Part shown: piece after piece, positions 7,743-13,880 of the stretch | Layout of the letters: each line of letters begins with the position of its first letter | Numbering within the stretch: position 1 is the first letter of the stretch | Assembly: GCA_964550945.1 (NCBI GenBank) | Contig: CAZKBD010000002.1 | Span: forward strand, 16,727-42,146 | Direction of reading: 5' to 3' | Source: an uncultured Methanosarcinales archaeon | GTDB lineage: Archaea; Nanobdellota; Nanobdellia; Woesearchaeales; CAZKBD01 | Length of the DNA stretch: 25,420 nucleotides | Position numbers and translations under genes: made by a program | Notes under the pieces: model-generated | What the model was told of the DNA's origin: nothing | The model's database searches: none | The model's input: only the letters and a program-made list of their open reading frames with translations

Positions 7743-9524
7743 ATGAAATACAACCTAAGCATATTCAACAAGGAAGTTGGCTATTACCTTAACAAATTAA
7801 AGGGCAAGGTAAAAAATAAGACTATTTTTGTGATTATAGACATAAAACACCAAAAAGCATTTTATTCTATCGCTGCTCTATCAAGAGCGACTAATGAATT
7901 AGGCGCAGACCTTCATGTTGTTGTAATTGACGGCAAAAGCAAGAATTTGGAGATGATTAAGGATGTGTGGAGCATATATGATGACCTGAAAAAAAAGCTA
8001 AGAACCAAAAAAGCTGGAGCTCTGCGGGCTTTTATCAGCGCCGTAGACAAAAGGACATCTAATAACACGTTCATGGATATTTTTGAAAGGCCTGAATTTA
8101 TTCTAACTGCAAATGAACACAATTTCTCTGGGACAATTGAATTGGATTATAAGGATAGCTGGCACAAAAAATACAGACAAGAAGAGCTTTTGGAAACTGC
8201 AAAAAAGATATGGAAAGAGGGATATGCTGTCAAAAAAGATGAAAATGTGAGCATTGGTTTTGTTTTAGTCCCATCAAAAAAGGATACAGAGCTGCCTTTA
8301 GAAGATTATCTTGACTCTTCTTCAATTTCCTTGGCAATGGCAATGGCAGCCAAAGGATTTAAGGCAAAAGTCAGCTTGGCTTCTTCAACAGACAGGTCTT
8401 CCCAGCTAGAAAAGCCTGTGAGAACAGCTGAGTTAATGATGACTTTAAGGGGCTGTGAGATGGATAAAGAAGTTGATGATGAAATATTCAGAAAATATAA
8501 GGAATTTTCAAAATTAATGAATATGGAAAAAATGGAGTTCAGCCAAGCCAGTTTCGGGATTCATGCCAAAGGGTATTATGGACGGCATTTCTTTGGAGAA
8601 CGGATAGGATACCCTAGCTTAGATAAAAAAACAATATGGAGCTCTCCTGGGCAGCTCATGCTGAAAGACAGGTATGAGCCGCAAGCGGCATTAGAAAAAA
8701 GGGACCCTATGATGAGGTATGCTATTACAGAAACATTGCCCATAGACCTTTTCATTGAAACATGCAATGTGGATTATGGGAAGCTAAGAAAAAGAAGCAT
8801 CAAAATAAGGGATATATTCAATAAATGCAGATACATAAGGGTTGTTGGAAAACAAATTGGCAATTATAAAACTGATTTTAGGGTTGATTTGATAACAAAA
8901 GAAGGCAAAAGAAGAGAATTTACTGCTTCTGACTCTGATGTTACATCAATAATTGACCAGGAATGGTATAAAAAAACCGGCAGGAAATGCGGAGCTTATG
9001 CAAATTTTCCATCTGGAGAGACTTTTGTGACTCCTGAGAAAATGAAAGGCATGATGATTGGAGATGTAGTCATTAATGTTGACAGGAGCTATGTTATACC
9101 TAAAGGAAATCCCATAATAGTTGAATTCGGAGAAAAAGGATATAAAGTGATAAAAGCGCCTGCAAATATATTGAAGGCTATGAATAAAGTAAGAAGAGAG
9201 TCAAAGCAAAAATTGAAGGATTATGAAAAAAATAAAAGCCTGCCGAAAGAGATTATTGAGATTTACAAAAGAAATTTCTGGAATATTGGCGAATTTGCAG
9301 TAAATACCAATCCAAAAGCGAAATTATGCAATTACCTTATTGTAAATGAAAAGATTGCAAGGATGATTCATGTTGCTTTAGGCTTAGGTTTTGAGCCAGA
9401 CCGTAAAACATTATACCATTGGGATATTGTGGTCAATTCACCTAAACAGAAAATGGACATATATGGAGTTGATGACAATAATAAAATTTACTGGGTAATC
9501 AAAAAAGGGGAATTTGTTGCATGA
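7743..9524 (+). CDS. M29 (aminopeptidase T/AmpS/PepS)-like protein, expanded 593-aa form
   Basis: The C-terminal half carries M29-like motifs: NFPSGETFVTPE, IGEFAVNTNPKA, NEKIARMIHVALGLG and TLYHWDIVV. The N-terminal KTIFVIIDIKHQKAFYSIAALSRATNELGADLHVVV resembles the M29 N-domain. It has about 275 more residues than its neighbour. Confidence 0.6.
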   Translation: MKYNLSIFNKEVGYYLNKLKGKVKNKTIFVIIDIKHQKAFYSIAALSRATNELGADLHVVVIDGKSKNLEMIKDVWSIYDDLKKKLRTKKAGALRAFISAVDKRTSNNTFMDIFERPEFILTANEHNFSGTIELDYKDSWHKKYRQEELLETAKKIWKEGYAVKKDENVSIGFVLVPSKKDTELPLEDYLDSSSISLAMAMAAKGFKAKVSLASSTDRSSQLEKPVRTAELMMTLRGCEMDKEVDDEIFRKYKEFSKLMNMEKMEFSQASFGIHAKGYYGRHFFGERIGYPSLDKKTIWSSPGQLMLKDRYEPQAALEKRDPMMRYAITETLPIDLFIETCNVDYGKLRKRSIKIRDIFNKCRYIRVVGKQIGNYKTDFRVDLITKEGKRREFTASDSDVTSIIDQEWYKKTGRKCGAYANFPSGETFVTPEKMKGMMIGDVVINVDRSYVIPKGNPIIVEFGEKGYKVIKAPANILKAMNKVRRESKQKLKDYEKNKSLPKEIIEIYKRNFWNIGEFAVNTNPKAKLCNYLIVNEKIARMIHVALGLGFEPDRKTLYHWDIVVNSPKQKMDIYGVDDNNKIYWVIKKGEFVA

Positions 9525-10474
9525 AGTTAAAAAAACAAGTTTCTTTGTCTATACTCAAGAATTGCATGGCTCTTAAAAAAACCGAGCGCTTATTGATAGT
9601 ATATGATAAACATAAGGAAGATATTGCTGATTCTATTATCGATGAAGCGAAAAAAATTACTGAAAACATAAGAAAAATTCAAACAAAAATCGCTAAAGTA
9701 AATGGCGAAGAGCCTTCTAACAAAGTTGCAAAAGAGATGCAGAAGTGCGATGTTTTGCTGCTGATAACTACCAAATCCCTCTCTCATACAGAATCCAGAA
9801 GAAAAGCGTCTAAAAAAGGAGTAAGGGCAGCAAGCCTTCCTGGCGTGACTGTAGAAATGTTAAACAGAGCACAAACCGCCGATTACCTAAAAATAAAAAA
9901 AATAAATGATAGGATATACAAAAAAATAAAAAACAAAAAAATTCTAAGAATCAAAACAGACAAAGGAACTGATTTATTGGTTTATATTCAAACTCCAGTT
10001 ATTGATTCTGGGTTATACATCAAAAAAGGCTCTTTTGGGAATCTTCCTGCTGGAGAGGTTTTATTTGCTCCTGTTGAGCATAAAACAAAAGGCATTGTTG
10101 TGATAGATAAGACCATGGCAGGAATAGGAAAACTAAAAAGCCCTATCAAACTGAAAATTGAAAATGGTTACGTTAAAGAGATTACAGGGAAAAAAGAAGC
10201 TGTAAAACTGGATAAACTATTGGGAGAATTTAAGACAAAAGCAGTTTACAACATTGCAGAATGCGCATTTGGCACTAATTATAAGGCAAAAATCAGCGGA
10301 ATTACATTAGAAGATGAAAAGGTTTTTGGGACTGTCCATATAGCATTAGGAGATAATACTAGCTTCCCAGGCGGAAAAACAAGAGCTCCTGTCCATCTGG
10401 ATGGGGTTATTAGCAAGCCGACTGTGTATGTGGATGGTAAGAAGATAATGAACAAAGGCAAGTTATCCATCTGA
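9521..10474 (+). CDS. M29 family aminopeptidase (compact 317-aa form)
   Basis: Motifs present: GNLPAGEVLFAPVE, IAECAFGTNYKA, LEDEKVFGTVHIALGDN and APVHLDGVI. An ATGA start/stop overlap with the upstream paralogue lies at 9521-9524. Confidence 0.8.
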   Translation: MKLKKQVSLSILKNCMALKKTERLLIVYDKHKEDIADSIIDEAKKITENIRKIQTKIAKVNGEEPSNKVAKEMQKCDVLLLITTKSLSHTESRRKASKKGVRAASLPGVTVEMLNRAQTADYLKIKKINDRIYKKIKNKKILRIKTDKGTDLLVYIQTPVIDSGLYIKKGSFGNLPAGEVLFAPVEHKTKGIVVIDKTMAGIGKLKSPIKLKIENGYVKEITGKKEAVKLDKLLGEFKTKAVYNIAECAFGTNYKAKISGITLEDEKVFGTVHIALGDNTSFPGGKTRAPVHLDGVISKPTVYVDGKKIMNKGKLSI

Positions 10475-10485
10475 AAACAGAAAGG

Positions 10486-10495
10486 TTTAAATATA
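10486..10495 (+). promoter_or_regulatory. TATA box TTTAAATATA (preceded by AAAGG) of the NTase/HEPN cassette
   Basis: The same TTTAAATATAAT string occurs at the M16/M24 promoter (3161-3172). Here it lies about 62 nt upstream of the ATG, implying a short leader. Confidence 0.45.
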
Positions 10496-10513
10496 ATTCT
10501 AGATTATTAGAAT
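10496..10513. promoter_or_regulatory. inverted repeat ATTCTA-N6-TAGAAT abutting the TATA box (candidate operator)
   Basis: Perfect 6-bp arms at 10496-10501 and 10508-10513 lie between the TATA box and the expected transcription start. The downstream gene encodes a winged-helix domain. Confidence 0.35.
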
Positions 10514-10551
10514 ATATTCAAAAAAAATAGAAAAATTTCAAAAATCTTAGA

Positions 10552-11421
10552 ATGATAATAAACAATAAGGCGCAAGCAGCAATCATGGGGTTTCTGACAG
10601 AGAGATGGTATGATTCTTTTACAGCCAAAGAAATCAAGGAAAAAACTCACCTTAGTTTTCAATCGGTTTATGACTCGCTTCATTTCCTGTCAGACAAGAA
10701 CATAGTAACGCTTCATAACAACAGCTACGCAATCAACTTCAGAAATGAAATTGCCTGGTCGTTCAAAAAACTGTATGATAGCAATAAGTTTTTACAGTTA
10801 GATCAGCATCTCCAGAATATCATAAAACTTATGAGGGAAAAGCTTGAGTTATTTTACCAATACGATCTGCTTGCTTTTTTAGTTTTCGGCTCAATAGCAA
10901 AGCTAGAGCATAAAAAGAAAAGCGACATTGACTTTTTTGTCCTATTCAAGGATAAACAAAAAGATTTTCTAAAAACCTTAACATTAGACTATGCCAATTT
11001 TAATTATATCGATAAAGATATCGCCGAATTTAATAAGGAATTTGAAGAAGGAGACGATCTTTTGATTTCGATATTCAAAAATAACCTAATAATGTACGGA
11101 AATGATTTTCTAAGGCATTATTTCGAAAAAGGCCTGCCCAATATAGGCAAGAATGTAATAGATGATAGGGAAAAGGCTCTTGAAAAGATGAAGCACAAAA
11201 TCGATAGTTTGTATAGAGAAGACAACAACCAGATGTTAGTTGAAGTTTTTAAAAGGTATGTGCTGTTAAAATCAAGAGTTGAACTTATCAGAAGATTAAA
11301 CAAGATTCCGTCAACAAAACAGGAAACACTAAACGAAATGAGAAAGATAGATAAAAAGCTGATAGAATCTTATAATGCAAACATAAAGAATATTAAAAAA
11401 ATTGTTGAGGCCCATGTCTGA
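10552..11421 (+). CDS. winged-helix + minimal nucleotidyltransferase (MNT-like) fusion protein with C-terminal helical domain
   Basis: The NTase signature G-S-x10-D-x-D (GSIAKLEHKKKSDIDFFV) is encoded at 10888-10932. The N-terminal wHTH-like segment is AAIMGFLTERWYDSFTAKEIKEKTHLSFQSVYDSLHFLSDKNIV. Confidence 0.75.
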   Translation: MIINNKAQAAIMGFLTERWYDSFTAKEIKEKTHLSFQSVYDSLHFLSDKNIVTLHNNSYAINFRNEIAWSFKKLYDSNKFLQLDQHLQNIIKLMREKLELFYQYDLLAFLVFGSIAKLEHKKKSDIDFFVLFKDKQKDFLKTLTLDYANFNYIDKDIAEFNKEFEEGDDLLISIFKNNLIMYGNDFLRHYFEKGLPNIGKNVIDDREKALEKMKHKIDSLYREDNNQMLVEVFKRYVLLKSRVELIRRLNKIPSTKQETLNEMRKIDKKLIESYNANIKNIKKIVEAHV

Positions 11422-11842
11422 ACGGATCAAAAAAGTTTATGAGTTTACAAAAGAGAGATTAGAGAAAGCTATATCCTTTTTTAATGAAGGGGATGTTGAG
11501 GATTCTGTGCAGAATATCTGGTCTGTTTTTGAGAATTGCATAAACTTGTTAAAAGATATCAAGAATCATGCCCCTTTATACCAGCATAGACCAAAAACAG
11601 AGCTGTTTAGGAAGTATTACAGGGAGAAAATCCTGTCAAAGGATTACTCTAATTTTCATAAAGAAATTGACGATTACAGGAAGAGGGCATTTCTAAGCGA
11701 ATATTCAAGAACAAAGCCCTTGCCGCCATTAGCCTCTATTAAGCCTTATTTGGATAAGGCTAAAGAGCTTTTTGAAGAAACAAAACAAGAGCTAATAAAA
11801 GAGAAGGTAATAGAAGAAAGAAAAACGTCGCAAGAGAAGTAG
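11414..11842 (+). CDS. HEPN-like all-helical protein, partner of the nucleotidyltransferase
   Basis: The ATG at 11414 overlaps the NTase stop by 8 nt (ATGTCTGA), with GAGG (11407-11410) 3 nt upstream. The track's start at 11402 is a TTG. The helical pattern EKAISFFNEGDVEDSVQNIWSVFENCINLLKD...H...DDYRKRAFLSEY resembles the PF05168-type HEPN usually paired with MNT. I found no R-x(4-6)-H motif. Confidence 0.55.
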   Translation: MSERIKKVYEFTKERLEKAISFFNEGDVEDSVQNIWSVFENCINLLKDIKNHAPLYQHRPKTELFRKYYREKILSKDYSNFHKEIDDYRKRAFLSEYSRTKPLPPLASIKPYLDKAKELFEETKQELIKEKVIEERKTSQEK

Positions 11843-11889
11843 ATGTTGATGGTAAGAAAATAATGGATAATTGGAAGTTAGTATTATAA
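11839..11889 (+). pseudogene. orphan relic of an M29 aminopeptidase 3' end (16 codons + stop)
   Basis: This stretch translates to VDVDGKKIMDNWKLVL*, compared with VYVDGKKIMNKGKLSI* at the functional gene end (10424-10474). Identity is 36/51 nt, ungapped, with the stop at the same offset. Confidence 0.65.
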
Positions 11890-11892
11890 CAA

Positions 11893-11898
11893 TTTTTT
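11893..11898 (+). terminator. oligo-T run (T6) after the relic stop codon
   Basis: Archaeal terminators are typically T-tracts. This one lies 4 nt after the relic TAA in a convergent gap. Confidence 0.3.
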
Positions 11899-11930
11899 CT
11901 GAAGTGTGTTTAATGATGCCAAAGCAACTG

Positions 11931-12581
11931 CTAGCTAACCTGGGTAATTTTGATGGAACACTCTTCTCTCTGATCTTTATTAGTAATTAAACCACATAGG
12001 TTGATGTCGCTTAAATCAATGGCTAATAAATAATAACAAACATCTTTTTCGTTTTGGTAATTGATTTTATTACATATTTCAATGTTCTTTTCTTGCCTAG
12101 CAATTTTTATGTAACAACTAGGTATTGAATACTGAGATGTCTTGAAAGTAACTACCGAATCACATATACTTAAATCATTAGCAGTTATAGCCAAGAATTC
12201 ATAACATTTATTTTTAGTATCTAAAAATGTCCTATTTAAGTCTGCTCCTATAGGGGCCCATTGAGGATAGGATCCCCCAGTTGAGATAGAATCACAAAAA
12301 TCTTTAGTTATAGTGTTATTTTTACCACCTAGCACATCCCCCATTTCCATATTAAGAAGTGTTACGTAACAGGGCTCAGCACCAAATTCAGCTTCTTTGC
12401 ATCTATTTAGCCCCTCATCATATTTTCCTTGCCTAATTAATGTTAATCCTTCACCTATAATTCCTGTAGCTTTTTCTAGTCTTTTATTACGTTCGTTACG
12501 CTCCATTACATAAAGAACCCCATAAATTATCACAATAATAACAAGGACTGATAAAACCACACAAATCAGTTTTTTAGTCAT
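11931..12581 (-). CDS. N-terminally membrane-anchored Cys-rich protein, unknown function
   Basis: A single TM helix LICVVLSVLVIIVIIYGVLYV is followed by repeated C-containing units (DLSICDSV, IPSCYIKIARQEKNIEICNKI, KDVCYYLLAIDLSDINLCGLI, REECSIKI). Confidence 0.6.
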   Translation of the reverse strand: MTKKLICVVLSVLVIIVIIYGVLYVMERNERNKRLEKATGIIGEGLTLIRQGKYDEGLNRCKEAEFGAEPCYVTLLNMEMGDVLGGKNNTITKDFCDSISTGGSYPQWAPIGADLNRTFLDTKNKCYEFLAITANDLSICDSVVTFKTSQYSIPSCYIKIARQEKNIEICNKINYQNEKDVCYYLLAIDLSDINLCGLITNKDQREECSIKITQVS

Positions 12582-12603
12582 ACATTATCTATGAATCTCC
12601 TAG

Positions 12604-12612
12604 TATATAAAA
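12604..12612 (-). promoter_or_regulatory. TATA box (TTTTATATA on minus strand) for the Cys-rich membrane protein gene
   Basis: Centred about 27 nt upstream of the minus-strand ATG at 12581. Confidence 0.45.
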
Positions 12613-12642
12613 TTTACTGGCAATATAATGCAAACCCAAAAC

Positions 12643-12650
12643 TATATAAA
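12643..12650 (+). promoter_or_regulatory. TATA box TATATAAA for PAN
   Basis: Centred about 26 nt upstream of the ATG at 12673, with no SD. Confidence 0.5.
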
Positions 12651-12672
12651 TTCAAAAGCATTTTACTAAGAA

Positions 12673-13830
12673 ATGGCAGATAATAATGGAACAGAGGGTA
12701 AGAACATTCTTGACAGCGTTATTTACAAATACTCAACAACCACAAACCAGCTTGAAGAAGAAAATAGGATTCTGAAAGATACCCTAAATAAGCTAAAAGA
12801 AGAATTGGATAAATTTAGGGTGCCTCCTTTAATGGTTTGTGAGATCAGGGATATAAAAGATGACACAGCAATAATCAGAGTTCCAAATGGCAATGAGTTT
12901 CTCGTGAATATCACAGGCGAATGTGAAAAATTAAAGCTAGGCGATTCAGTGCTTTGCGAGCAAAAAAACCTCACAGTAATGAAAAAGCTGTTATTGTCAA
13001 AGAAGTTTAATGTTGAAAAGTTTGTAATAGTTGAAAAACCTACAACAGAATGGAGCGAGATTGGTGGCTTGGACCAGCAGATAACTGAGATACAGGAAGT
13101 AGTTGAGCTGCCATTAACCAAACCAGAGCTGTTTAAAAAGGTAGGGATAGAGCCCCCAAAAGGAATACTGCTTTATGGCCCGCCTGGAACAGGGAAAACA
13201 TTATTGGCAAAATCAGTGGCTCATTCTACAAATTCCACTTTTATAGAGATTGTGGCATCTGAGCTAGTCCAGAAATTCATTGGAGAAGGCGCTAAACTGG
13301 TTAAAGAGATATTTGAGCTGGCAAGAAAAAAAGCCCCTTCAATCATCTTTATTGATGAGCTTGATGCTTTAGCTTCCAAAAGAGTAGAGATTGGCACATC
13401 TGGAGAAAGGGAAGTGAACAGAACATTTATGCAGCTTTTAGCTGAGCTTGACGGGTTTAAGCCATTGGATAATGTCAAGATAATCGGAGCAACAAACAGA
13501 AAAGATATATTAGACCCAGCCATAATAAGGCCTGGAAGATTAGACAGATTGATACATGTTCCTGCGCCTAATAAAGAGGCAAGAGCCACTATATTTAAAA
13601 TCCATACAAAAAGGATGACCTTAGACAAAAACATAAATGTACAAGTTGTTGTTGATAAGATGGAGAACTTTTCAGGAGCTGAGATTAAAGCAGTTTGCAC
13701 TGAAGCAGGTTATTTTGCAATAAGAGCTAACCGCAAAAAAGTTGTAAGAGAAGATTTCTATCGGGCTGTAGAAAAGGTAAAAAGAGAAGAAAAATTAGAA
13801 GGCCAAGACTACCTTAATATGTTTGGCTGA
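12673..13830 (+). CDS. pan: proteasome-activating nucleotidase (AAA+ ATPase, Rpt homologue)
   Basis: N-terminal coiled coil (LEEENRILKDTLNKLKEELDKF) and an OB-like segment. Walker A GPPGTGKT is at 13177-13200, followed by Walker B IIFIDELD and second-region-of-homology ATNR...RPGRLDR. Confidence 0.9.
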   Translation: MADNNGTEGKNILDSVIYKYSTTTNQLEEENRILKDTLNKLKEELDKFRVPPLMVCEIRDIKDDTAIIRVPNGNEFLVNITGECEKLKLGDSVLCEQKNLTVMKKLLLSKKFNVEKFVIVEKPTTEWSEIGGLDQQITEIQEVVELPLTKPELFKKVGIEPPKGILLYGPPGTGKTLLAKSVAHSTNSTFIEIVASELVQKFIGEGAKLVKEIFELARKKAPSIIFIDELDALASKRVEIGTSGEREVNRTFMQLLAELDGFKPLDNVKIIGATNRKDILDPAIIRPGRLDRLIHVPAPNKEARATIFKIHTKRMTLDKNINVQVVVDKMENFSGAEIKAVCTEAGYFAIRANRKKVVREDFYRAVEKVKREEKLEGQDYLNMFG

Positions 13831-13850
13831 TCTTGTTAAATTCATAACTA

Positions 13851-13857
13851 TTATAAA
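13851..13857 (+). promoter_or_regulatory. TATA box TTATAAA for glmS
   Basis: Centred about 27 nt upstream of the ATG at 13881. Confidence 0.45.
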
Positions 13858-13880
13858 CTAATTTTAACTTTATCTTCAGA

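Noticed and set aside
11402-11413. TTG start given by the ORF track for the HEPN-like gene
   Set aside because: The in-frame ATG at 11414 is preceded by GAGG and forms an ATGTCTGA overlap with the NTase stop, so it is the more plausible initiation site.
10475-11838. Looked for an integrase, transposase, terminal inverted repeats or a tRNA target associated with the inserted cassette
   Set aside because: None was found. The only flanking signature is the 51-nt imperfect direct duplication of the M29 gene end, so I do not call this a defined mobile element.
12723-13700. Two long minus-strand ORFs (12723-13121, 13221-13700) inside PAN
   Set aside because: They are antisense shadows of a canonical AAA+ gene, with Ser-rich low-information translations.
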